Shown piece after piece: positions 11,974 to 24,100 of a stretch of DNA of 64,000 bases. A program made the position numbers and the translations under genes. The DNA is from Rhodosorus marinus CCMP1338 (lineage: Eukaryota > Plantae > Rhodophyta), in the NCBI GenBank assembly GCA_029953675.1, contig JAMWBK010000002.1:1674001-1738000 (forward strand), given 5' to 3'. The notes under the pieces were generated by a model that saw nothing but the letters and a program-made list of their open reading frames with translations, searched no databases and was not told the DNA's origin. How positions within the stretch are numbered: the first letter of the stretch is position 1; each line of letters begins with the position of its first letter.

Positions 11974-13949
11974 TCAGTCCACCACAAAGGAACTAGCAAC
12001 ACAACAAGTAGCAAAAGTGTACCTAGACCACAGCAACGTCTGATGCCCAGAAACACCATGATCTCTTTCAATCGTCTCTCCAGTTTTTGCTCTTTGCAAC
12101 TGTTCCTGCGAGATCCTTCAAGCCCGTTTCTTCACTTCATCTAAGCTAGACATTCTGCGAATGAACCTACAAACTTCTTCGTTTCCCTCATACAAGCTCA
12201 TACAATGATAAGCTAAATCGTGTTTCGCACAGAGTTCCTTTAGGATTCTTGAAGCCTCTGGGAGATTGTGGCGAGGAAGCGTTGGCCAGATGTGGTGCTC
12301 TACCTGTAGTACGCGCGATCAATCCAATGTAGAGTCTGAGACCAACTACCCAAATTCCGCTCGTACGTGATTGAGCTGCCTCTAAAACGAGTCAGTGGTA
12401 TACCTGATAGTTCAAGCCGCCAGTGAAAAAATCTGTGAACCAACTGGGAGTCACATTTCTTGTGGTTCTCAGCTGCAGCCGCACAAAGTCTGTCGTCTTC
12501 ATTTCGTCTTCAGTAAGTACCTCCATTGCGTTGTGGCCAACCGTGAAAACGATACCGATTAGCAGACCTCCGGTTGCCTGGGCACAACAATAGAACAAGA
12601 TCGCCAAAGCCCAACTCGGGATTTGCCATGCCAAGGTGAACATCAGCACTGAGGATAGTCACAAGCACAACCAAACACGAGGAGCGAGTTCAGTGAAACC
12701 TTCCATCTCTCAAGTGTGTTCAGGGTTGATGAGGGCTTACAGTGATGGAGAGCAAGTCCGATGATCTCGGCAGTTTTCATTGCTCGCCCACCAATGAAAA
12801 CGGTGCTGGGCTCCGTCATATAGATAATGCTTTGCGAGAGCCACGACATGCGAGCGAGACAAAGGAAAGGGAAATAAAAAAGCCACTGGTTTCGCACAAG
12901 AAAGAGTGGCAACCTATCCAGGTCCTCTCCCTCCAGCAGTTTTTCAGACCACAAGAGCATTGGGAGCGTGTGGATATCGGGATCCCCTCCGGCGCATGTT
13001 TCAGTCACGTTGGGGACAGCATGGTGATGGTTGTGCTTGTTCTTCCACCAAGACACGGAGAACCTACACACGAACCCCCCCCCCCACCCAAAAAAATTAG
13101 GCTCAAAAGCTCAGCGGCGTACTTTGACGATTTTGACTGTGGGGGGTCAAATTGCGTACCCTTGAAAAAGGTTACCGATCAAAAGCCCAACCATGTTGTT
13201 TAACGCGCGCTTCTTGAAGAGCTGGTGATGGCAGACATCGTGACATAGCCAACCACACTGTTGAAAGAAAAGACCGACCAAGAAGCTCGCCAGGAGAAGC
13301 AGGAAGGGATTGTTGGGGAAGCCCATGACCAGAGCAACCCCTGGGGTAAGGATGAGCAAGTTTCTCGCGACAAGCCAGACGTAGTAAAGCTTTGACGACT
13401 CGAAGGCGTGAAGGCGTTGCAGTTCAATCCTCATCCTTGCTATATCAGCGTCATATTCCTTAGCCTGCTGGGACCTACGGAACGGAAGAGGGCCAACTAT
13501 GAGCAAGCAGTTACAAGAACTGCCATTGTCACCGGAGATAATCAAATTGCTCGAATCGTACCGATCGTCCTTTAATTCGCCTACATAGAAATCCTTCAGC
13601 AGGTTCCAGGTGGACTTGGGATGAAACGCGTTGAAAACGCCCGTGGCATCGGTACCGGAAGCAGTGTATAGGATTTCTCCACCTGTGCAGGTGCCAACAA
13701 GGAGAAAACGTCTTTAGCGGAAATGTTATCTATGCATACGATGCTCCCCTTGGCGGCGAAGCTTTCACAAGTGCACAAGGGTTCTCCTACATACGTACCC
13801 GGATGCTTGCTTCCGAATTCGGTGACATCATATACACGTCCCCGAATCGCTACCCATGAATCTTCCTTCAAATCGTGCTTACTCAACTCCGCCAAGGTGA
13901 CTGGACGTGCGCGTCGCAGTCGCACGCCATCGTCATTCCCAATACACAT
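11974..13949 (-). CDS. Front-end (delta5/delta6-type) fatty acid desaturase with cytochrome b5 domain, spliced
   Basis: b5 motif VYDVTEFGSKHPG and His boxes HDVCH, HNHHH and QVEHH (the last spans an intron). The 3' end is approximate. Confidence 0.9.
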
Positions 13950-16433
13950 TGTTACGGAAAGACAATGATCTGCTCATGCACAGATCGATTAGTCTCGCAG
14001 TTTTCACTTGCCCGAGGTTTCGTGCTTTACCACTCTGCTTGCGAGAACCCCGAAAGGCTCCCCACCTTCACTCAACCAAGTAATCGGAGTGGGGAATAAT
14101 ATGACTAAAATTTCATTGATTATTCTAGTCCTTCAACTATCGTCTGCGGTTAAACTCGTCCCACAACGGCTTGACAACGACAAGCACGAACGATGCTAAT
14201 TCCGTCATCGATGAGACAGGCGTGACTGGGGCGCGCATTCCATATCCACCCTCGGGGCTCGCACGTGTATGTTTAAACCTCCCATCAATTACAGTCTTTA
14301 GAAAAATTGACTATTTCCCATTGGCACATCTGGGAACGCCCTACCTCAGGACGCCCGATCAAAAAGTGCCGATCCAAATATTTACTGAAATTCATAAAAA
14401 AGCGGTCCGAGCTTGACATTGTGTGCTTTGCGCTAGGCCTACGCATCAACCAAGTTCCCTCTGTGCAGGGGCTGGGTAGCAGAGTTCCGATCAACCCCTG
14501 GGTTTTTGGTATGTCGTCAATCTTTTTTACACGATGCATCTCAAGCGCAAGAATGTCTATTCTCAGCATTAAGGCTTATTCGGCTTTGCTTTTCCGGTTG
14601 GCCGCGTGGAGCAATATGATTGGTGATCGGGCGTGTAAGAATTTCGAATGTCTGGGACATATATGACGAATGGATTCGTGCGTTTATTTTTTTTAAAAAA
14701 GAATGCGGTTCGGACGTTGCAGTTTCTTCCACATGGAATGGTTAGCTATACCAGCCTCTTGCTCGTTTGCTTCTTGTGAATCATGGATTCACCAGTAACC
14801 ATGGAACAGCGCAAGAACAGGGTAGCTGCATCCGCGAGAGCTCACCGTCCGGAACTTCGGAATTTATTCATATTCATGTTCAGACGTGAAGTTCCACTAG
14901 CGTTATGGGGACAGCATGAAGTGAGCAAGTCATTTGTACCATTCTGCACAGGCATCCACTGGTTGGAATGGCAACACTTGTTCTGTTCGACGTTTGGCTT
15001 TCGGTCCGGACGCGTTGATGATAGCTCCTGGGCTGCTTTCATCTCGGCATGTTCCAAAATCGTCCAGTGCCATTTACTGCGTCTTTCCTAGCTAGTGTAC
15101 TGCTAGGTATTTGGAAACCGTTATGTTTAAAGAAAGCCTAAAGACGCTCCCTGTAGCGCTGGAATAATTGGAAAGCTGCCTGCGAACCTTTCGAAACACC
15201 AGCTCCCATCTCCCATCTCCCTAACAAGTGTGATTTGTGTTCACTGGGATGCTCTGGCCATGCAACTGACACAATGGCGACTCGAAGTGGCCCTCTAACC
15301 CATCAGCAACTACCCAAGCAGCACCTCCGCCCTGGCATGCTAGCTCGACACCGCGGGACCGGATGTGCGTGATTGATGTGAAGCTGTGCGTCCCCGTCGC
15401 TGAGGACGCACCTGCACAAAGTTTGCTAGGAGAAGGGATAACCGCGTACAACGCTGAAAAATTCAAGCTGTCGAAACATTGGGAGAGGATCGGCGACTAT
15501 ACCGATGACATCTTCGCGCCATTCCGCATGGACTCTTCGGCCGGTTAGGCAAACAGGCGGATGTGTTCCTGCGAGAGGTCTCTCTCCACCCACAGCAAAC
15601 TGCAACGCAAGTAAGCAGAGCACGCGCAACGCCGAATCGGATTTTCTGGAAGGGGAATGGTGGGCATACAGGCTCGTCGAATAGGCGAACGGAACTTCAC
15701 GATAGCTTCAATGGTAGGACTTAACCACATAACCCATTAGGTGTTCCATAACTCATCGATGGGCTCCACTAGGTAGTCCTGAAGTAAACCGTCACGGTTA
15801 CGCTAGTTGGCAACGCCCTCTCATTTCTCCCCGGGTTTGGATTTGTGTTGGTTGCAGGCCTTTGCCGCCTCATCCCACGGACTGTTGAAGGATCTTTCCG
15901 GTTTCTTTCCATTGATAGCCCTCACGGTGCGAGTGACTTCCAGCGTTGAAGTGGTTCCGCTACGAAAGAAGCTGTGCAGCAAGGCCTTCGGGGCTTTCTC
16001 GACCGCACGTCAGTTGAAAGAGCGATCCAAGGTGCCGTACCGACGGCCAGCATATGAGCGCATGAGGAGAACAGCGATTTGCAGAAGGCCCACTCCGACC
16101 CGTGGAGGAAAGCTGATTCAAAGCCGTCTCTGAGAACAATGGAAAGCAGTGGCTGATACCGCATTTGACATACACTGGCGGAAGCGTGCACGCCGGGAGT
16201 AGTGGGGTTTCAGGTCATCGTGTGTCCCTAAGGGTTTTGAGTTGCTGGATGTTCACGATAGGAGCTGTTCCGAACGCGTCCATTTGGTAGGGCTTGTGAA
16301 CGTGTCGTTGGGTCGACTATGTAGGCAGCGAACAATCTGGCGTATCCGAGTTGCAGAGAGGAGAAATTCTTTTGTTCTAACAGATAGCTTTTAGTCGCAT
16401 ACGCTTGACAGCCAGCGCCTGGCAGAAAGAAAA

Positions 16434-17286
16434 ATGAATTCTTTGCTGCGATGGGGAATTCGCGGTTCTCCAAGCCGACGGTTCTCTACAGGAAAGGTGA
16501 AGCAAGTGCCGGAAAAGTATGGCGAGCCCATCGCGTTGTATATGTGCGGCGATGTGCTCATCCCCCTCAGGTGGGGAATCATGGGAGTTTGCGCGGTAAC
16601 GGGAGCTGCCGTGTTGTCGCAGCGCAGATTCCCGACCTCGGACGAAATTCATAATTTCCACGACAAGGGGTTCATTAAATCAGTGCAAAAAACATATGGC
16701 TGGATTTCCGATCCTGGGGAGGAGATTGTCAGTTTTCGCCCGAGCCCAGGCACCATACTTCTGCTCGCTGTTAGCTTGCTGTTCACGACATTGGGCAGAG
16801 CGAACACGAAAACTGTGTGCAGGTAAGAAGGATCTGCAGGTTTGGGAGACCCCACCAGCTGGTTCCGTTTCGGGAACGTGCTGGGCATATGTAACTACAA
16901 CGACATAAAACTAATTTTTGTGTCTTTTGTCGTCCAGTTTGTATCTAGTACCAGGTGGGAAAAGTTACCGGCTAAGACTAGAAACGTTCGATTTCTTTAT
17001 GAGAAGAACGAATGTAGAGATTGTACCAATGGAGCGGATCGACAGCAATCTAGATCTGGTCACCAGCAAGGCCCGAGCAGCGCCATTCTGGGGTTTGAAT
17101 CTAAAATCGCCAAAGACGCAGTACGTGGTCAGCCGCAATAAGCCCAGGCTATGGAATGAATCGTTGATGAAATCCTTGGTTCTTGGCGAAAGAGAACTGG
17201 AGCGGAAGCTTAGAGAGACTTCTACGGGGGTTGCGCCTGTCTCGGATGCTGCACAGCATGAACAAAGCGTGCGTCCAACTTCTTAG
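16434..17286 (+). CDS. TMEM223/TMEM70-like mitochondrial membrane protein, 2 exons
   Basis: Arg-rich presequence-like N-terminus and two TM helices, followed by LYLVPGGKSYRLRLETFDFF, which resembles the TMEM223 post-TM segment. One GT-AG intron lies at ~16822-16938. Confidence 0.45.
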
Positions 17287-18014
17287 CAACAGCCGCCGGT
17301 CCGGTCAAAACAGCCAAGAACAAGGCTTTGTCATACACTATCCCTCGTTCTGTGTCCATCGTGTAGAGCATGCGCACATGCCGTACCCGAAACGACTGCA
17401 GCCCTTTAACTTGCGGTAGCACTGAGGAGTCTCTAGTTGCAAGCTGAAACAGAGGGTACTTATACACTTTTGTCCCCCGTCCGAATGGCCCCCATGTGGT
17501 TAGTTCAAGGAACATTTTCGTTTCCCTGGAAACGGATAGCCTGTAGAAGAAAATTGATGCTGTCCTTTTGTCAGCGTTCGTTTAAGATGTTTGATGAGTT
17601 GTTCAACAAGGGGTAGAAATATACTAACTTCGTCACATATCGCTGGGGCAAAAGGTAGAACAACCCCAACATCAGAATTGCTCCGAGGTTGACCAGCTTG
17701 GCCGTTGGCGTGATTCTCTGCCAAAGATTCTTGTCGCTGACGTCGGTCTCGACTTTTCCAAAATCTTCTTGCCGTCGATCGGTGCTTAGGTCCATTGCTG
17801 TCACCATTGAGCCCGCAACTACAAAGCTTGCACTAATCGTCTTGATAACATTTACATCGAAAGTGCTTTGGGTCTCATAGATCGTAAAGGGCCTTCCGCT
17901 GAATAAGTCCCCGGTTATCCGAACATCTGCAAAACCCCTGGTACCAACGCGCGCGAACCCGCTACTGTAGGCCGATCTCAACTCTGCTAAGAAGCGCTTG
18001 CGAAACATTCGCAT
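17222..18014 (-). CDS. TMEM223/TMEM70-like mitochondrial membrane protein, 2 exons
   Basis: Presequence MRMFRKRFLAELRSAYSSGFARV and two TM helices. Splicing at a GTTAGT donor gives RYVTKLSVSRETKMFLELTTWGPFG, followed by a C-terminal YTMD.E.G..YDKALF. Confidence 0.5.
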
Positions 18015-19052
18015 AGCTCCTCTCACAGCCCAAAACAAGCCCAGCTTGGCAATGAAACAGTGCTGCTTTGAGAGACTTGAAACCCCCTTCCGAGCCCTAG
18101 GAATAAAACCATCTATAAGACCGCGCGGTACCCAAATCCGGGACACACCGTGTGCTTGACGCTGCCGAGACTTGAAATAAGCAACCAACTTCCAGCGCAT
18201 ACGTCCATCCAGGCGGAGAGCAAGTAATGCACACGCGGGACGAGAGATGGTAGGTCAGCAAAGAAGTCCGAGGGAAGTGGTTCGCGTTGCACCAGCTACA
18301 GGATAGCTTTTGGCCGGCCCTTCCCAGTACGTAGATGCAGGACCGCTCTTGGGGTGCCTTGGGTAGCTGCTTTCGTTAATTCGCTTTCTCAGACCAGGGC
18401 TGTCCGGATGCCTCTGCTGGTTGATTGTTTGGTGACCACGACCTCTGCTGACGGCGGCAAAACCTTTCGAAGTCAAGAGTTAACCAGTCTATAGCTTTCC
18501 AGTCAAAATAGAATCATGATCTGATTATGCTTCCAAACTATCGTCGCGCTGCATCTGATTGGAAGCACAGGCAACTTCGGGCCTTTCAACATGCCAAAAG
18601 TAAGAATGCTTGCATAGTCGTCCGTACCAGGCTATTCCGAATAGCAAAGTCTGCATCCTCTAGTCGGGGCTACTCGCGCGTGGCTGGCCGCCGTCTGAGT
18701 GGTGGATGCAATTAGTCAACCATCTAGTATAAGCCAACGCCTAAAACTTAGATTGGTGTACGTGACCGTCCGCTTGTAATAATTTTCGTTGGCCCCGAAA
18801 ATTTCTCGTGCGTGCTGGGCTCCACGAGGATTCGAACGATGTACAGTAGCCGCCATGGACGAAAAAATCAGCGTCCTCTTCACGATCGTTGGTTCTGGCT
18901 CCCAAATCATTCATGCGTCTCCTTTTGCTTATGACCGTCTAAATGATTCTTCGTTTTTACAAATGGAGCGAGCGCGGATATAGGTGTTTCTGTATAAGCT
19001 AGAAAGAGAGCTAGTTTTGCGCCATTCCCGACATTAGTATCACTTCGCAATC

Positions 19053-19693
19053 TCATCGTCGCGATCTGGTGCTTTTCTTCGTGTTTGATGTACCAGATCC
19101 ACTGTAGACCTCCTTCGACACTCGACTAACATACCACACTGTCACAATGCTGAAGAAGGTGGAAACTGTGGCGCTGACTGGATGGATGGCCCAGGCAACT
19201 GTGGCTGCACCAGCAATTGAAACTATCGCTGTCGCACGTAAAAAACAAGTCCATCCTCCTTTTAGTAGTGGACAAACCGGAGAATGAATCTTCCGCAATA
19301 ATCTGCTTTTACCTTCTACGTGCCCTTGCGAACGAGACGGAGACGTTAGCTCTTGAAGGTTTCCTAGGAGAGTCACTAGCAAGAACGAGAAGCCGGAACA
19401 CAAGACTCCTGACAATAGAAGTACCACGAGTTAGTATTAATCTGGCAAAACCCAGCAGGGGCTATGGTTCGTCCGATTACCGCCAATAATCGTCGCCGAC
19501 GGAGAGGATTGTAAGGTAGGCACGAGTAGTTGAACAAGTGCATAACTAGAAAGGAGCAGTACAACACAGAGAGACGCCGATGCACCTGGAGACCTTTTTG
19601 CTTCTAAAGATAATCAAAGAGCGGAACCCTGCTTTCAGAACGATGCATGCTGCTGTACGTAACATTCTGGAGGTGGCATCGTTGCCTACCCAT
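19053..19693 (-). CDS. KRTCAP2: KRTCAP2/KCP2-like oligosaccharyltransferase accessory subunit, spliced
   Basis: GGVLCSGFSFLLVTLLGNLQEL and IHPVSATVSTFFSIVTVWYVSRVSKEVY match the KRTCAP2 pattern (GGLLGSGLF..NNLENL; IHRVCVTTCFIFS..LYYINKIS). Basic C-terminus. Confidence 0.75.
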
Positions 19694-21163
19694 TATTAGC
19701 GCCCCTCGGAAGCAACTACTTTTCAACAGCTCTTCGCCCAGACTTCGAGCAGAATAGCCTCCGGACGAGTAGTTCGGCAATTTTTGGACCCGACGAAACC
19801 CCTGAACAAAGTCGACGTTCTGCTTTGTGCGTGTTTACTACACAACAAACACCCTGCAGACAGCCGATCGCTTTCGTCACTTAACCGTTCCTCAGGGTGT
19901 CCCTGCTAAAAAGAGAGTGTGGCGAGGGAAGCGGATGGGACACGGCCGGATGCATTCCCCAAGCGGCTTATGGGAGAGATTTCGCTTTCCCGAGTATTCT
20001 TTATATCTCGTTAGGGGATATTCATAGGAGGGAGGTAGCAGGAGCTCCCGATGTACAAGCTTACAAAAAAACCGGTTCGAATGGGTTCTTCATCCGTCCT
20101 CAACTGTTGCGACCAATCGCGCTTTGGGATTTCTTTTGATAAGCGTTCGGGCAAGGGCCATTAGTAATCTGAACAGAAAATAGAGCTCTGCTCAGGCAAA
20201 AACATGGTTGGAGCTAGTTAGCTAACCCCAGAACACTCACATGTCACTGAGGACGGCTACGTTAGTCCTGGGTACTCGACCCGCCGTTTTGCCCCGCACA
20301 ACTCGTTCTCCAACCACTGTCTGTTTCCCCTGACTTGGATCTTAAATCTTAGTGGACGGCCGTGGCACAGGACTTGTCCGGAAGGATTCCTCTCGTGCTA
20401 AAATCCGAGCCGGAAAGATCGCTGTCTTTTGCGGGAAGCTCGGCTCGTATACATCTTGCTCAAGTACCGCGAAGACCTGTTAATAGTTCCCGCGCAGAAT
20501 AGCAAGGCGCCTTGTTTTAACCGTATCTATTACTATTCTGGGCAATTTGACCAATCATCTTACTTCCCGGGGTGCCTGAGTTGATTGAATATCAATATTT
20601 CTTTAGGAATTAGATTGGGTTTGTCCGTTTGGCGCGCACTTGGCTAAATATAGAACATGCTCATTTTTTGATCCAATAGAACAAGGGTTGCCAACTCAGC
20701 GTGGGAAGAGAAGAAGCTAAAAAGTTTCACAAAATACGTGAGTTCCAATATGTCCGGAAGCGTTGCAAAACTCTGTTCTGCAAACCACCCCTCCTTGCCG
20801 CTTTCTAAAACTTGCTTACATCTGAAATACATTAATTGCGTAAATAAATCCAGTAATAATTTTTGACAATATCTGCTGCGATGTCCTTTCTCTCCAATCG
20901 CTGCCTTTTGGCTAAAGTTACAAACAATACATCTGGTCCTGGTTCGCAATTGTTTCCAAAAAAGAGGGTTACGGCTGCGCAACCTAAGTTCGGGCTTTTT
21001 TCCTAGAGAGTTCTTATCTTTTGAGGAAGAAAAATTTACTTCGCGATTGGCGGTGGAGACTATGCAAGTGATTGATGATGTCGGAGAAGAGGGGGTCGAA
21101 AGGTCGACTCTTATTAAGGAGACGCACTAGTGTGTTTCCGAGCTTACTCGACGCTGTACCTGA

Positions 21164-24100
21164 GTGAGCATGAAGAGGTTGGAGCATCCAGCGCCTCTGG
21201 GGTTCGTCATGATGATGTCAAAAGTGCTGCACGGTCAGAGCGCAGCCCGTTATGCGGGAAGGCGGTTTGGGTTTGGCGTTCGATGCTGTGCCACGGCTTC
21301 CAGCAGCAAACCAAAGACTGTTCTTCGCGGCAACTTAAACTGGGCGCCGCTTCATACGCATACGGACTACTCATTCCTAGATGGAGCGAGTCACGTACCT
21401 GATCTCGCCAGCCGCGCTGCAGAGATGGGAATACCGGCTCTAGCCATCACTGATCACGGTGCCATGCATGGAGCAATACAGCACATGAAGTCCTGCAAAC
21501 AACATGGTGTAAAGCCGATAATTGGAAACGAAATGTACGCTATCCCACCGGACATTGCTTACGCCGGACGAGTGGGAGTTTTCGCTTAACTTTGGCTTTA
21601 GCTGACGATTCCCGCTTCCAAATTTCTACTAGGTACATACTGAACGGGGATATTGAGGCTGACGGATACAAGGGACTTGTTCATCACTTGACAGTTATAG
21701 CAAGGAACTCGAAGGGCTATCAAAATCTCGTCAAGTTGACATCCATGAGCCACTTGCAAGGCATGAAATCCAGGAACAGATCAAAACGACCAGCAATCAA
21801 CAAGGAACTATTGCAACAGCATTCTGAGGGCTTGATCATTTTAAGCGGGTGTCTGGCAGGCGAGATACCGAAAGCATTGGTGGCAAGTAGGTTGTCCTGC
21901 AAGTAGCAATATTTTCTCATGACCGGATAGAGGGTTTCCACTAGAATCGAATCTGAAGAATTTCCGGCTTTGACCAAACCTAGATAGGTATAACGTCGCC
22001 CGAGAGGTTGCATTATGGTACCGTGACACTTTTGGTGCCGATTTCTACCTGGAAATGATGGATCATGGTTTACCTGCGCAGCAGGTTGCAAATGCCGGTA
22101 TCATTCAACTGAGTAAGGAACTTGGGATAAAAACGGTTGTCACGAACGACTCTCATTTCACAATGGCCTCCGATTGTTATGCCCACGATGTATTGCTTTG
22201 CATACAGGTAAGCCGAAACGGCACTACCGGTTGAAATGGAGTCTCATCGCGAGTATGCTGATATAGGATGTCATGCTTTCCATCTTTACAGACCGGAAAG
22301 CTAGTTAGCGATCCGAACAGAATGAAGTACACCGGTCAAGAGTATTTCAAGAGCGCTGATGAAATGATGGAGCTCTTCCAACATCCGTCCATAACGAGGA
22401 GCGACATTGCAGGTTCGCTGGAGAACACCCTTGAGGTGGGGTTTGATGCCTGACATATCCAGGGGCAACAGTTACATCCATTGGGCAATTCTTACTATCC
22501 CAGCTTATTCTCGCATAAACTAGGTCGCAAGCAAGGTCGAAGATTACAACATTCTAAGCGCACCACGAATCCCAACGTACCCTCTACCCGACGGTTTTGA
22601 CGGATCCATTGAGGTGCACCGAGCAGAGTCAGTTCTTTCTTTGATTACTGGTTGAGACTAACGAAGAGCGCTGCTCCTAAATGACACTCGACTATTGTCT
22701 ACAGGACTACTTTCGAGAAACCGCGAGGGCGGGCTTGAAGGAACAGATCGGTGATCAATATGAGGTTGCTCAGTACGAAGATAGGCTTGAGTACGAACTC
22801 CAGCTTTTGATTGACAAAGGGTTCGCAAGTTACTTTTTGATAGTTTGGGATTATATTCGATACGCTCGTGAAAACGGTATATCTGTCGGCCCTGGGCGTG
22901 GATCCGCGTGCGGGTCCCTCGTAGGTGAGACGCAGCTCTGTCCTTAACCCAGTTCTGATTGTACCCCAAGAACGCCTTTACGAGGCTTTTCCTTTAGTCT
23001 GGTTGGCTCCAAGCCGCCACGGCAGTCTTCGATCGCCGAGCTTTGTCCTGAACAGTTGTCTTCCACATCTTCACAGCCTACGGACTTAGAATAACTGAAA
23101 TCGATCCCGTCAAACACGATTTACTATTCGAGAGGTTCTTGAACCCCGAAAGAACCAGCTTGCCCGACATTGACACGGACTTCTCGATGGAGGGACGAGA
23201 GCGTGTCATACGATACGTCACTGAAAAATACGGAGAGGATCACGTTGCTCAAATCATCACTTTCAACCGTTTATCCTCGAAATCTGTTTTAAGGGTATAA
23301 GAAATCGGCTGGAACGATTGCCAACCAGTTGCTTGATGAAAGTGCACTCACGAAATAGCTTTCATGCGCATTTTAATTCCTGAAGGACTGCGCAAGGGTG
23401 ACCGGGATTCCATACGCTGAAGCAGACAAAGTGTCAAAACTCGTGCCTGTAGCAAGAGGAAAGGCAACCAAATTAGAAGCAATGATTTCAGACGGATCTC
23501 CATCGCCTGAGTTCAAGAATCTGTAAGAACAATTAAGACACAACGGAGAAGCTCTTGCAGTCACTGATCAATATTTCGCCTTGTCTACACCTCGATTGTG
23601 TCAGCTATGAGACAGAACCAAAAATGAGAGATCTTGTAGATGTTTCTATGATATTGGAGGGTACAAACCGGAACAGCGGTGTACACGCAGCTGGAGTCGT
23701 TATCGGGGCAGAACCGCTGAATACGATAGTCCCGTTGGCTAGAGGAAAGAACAATGAAGTGGTCACGCAGTATGCAATGGAGGAACTTGAAGACGTGGGA
23801 CTGCTGAAGATGGATTTTCTCGGTTTGAGAAACCTCAGTATCATCGATAGCACGAGGGAATATGTGGCGAAGAAGTGAGATATTCCTACACGCACTACGC
23901 CTGGGACGTCGACTGAGTGAGCCACTCACTCTGGGTCGTCCGTTATGTTGTATTGCGTAGGAATGGTGAACAACTACCAATTCTGCAGGACCTCTCCTTC
24001 AGTGACAAAGGAACGTATGACTTACTTTCCACTGGCAAAGTCGATGGCGTCTTCCAGCTAGACGCCTCAGGTGGAATGCAGGAGGTACGCGATGAGCCGT

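Noticed and set aside
14100-16300. Multiple short overlapping ORFs
   Set aside because: No family could be assigned and no coherent splice model was found.
20644-20982. 112-aa AT-rich ORF upstream of dnaE
   Set aside because: No motif. Probably promoter or intergenic sequence.
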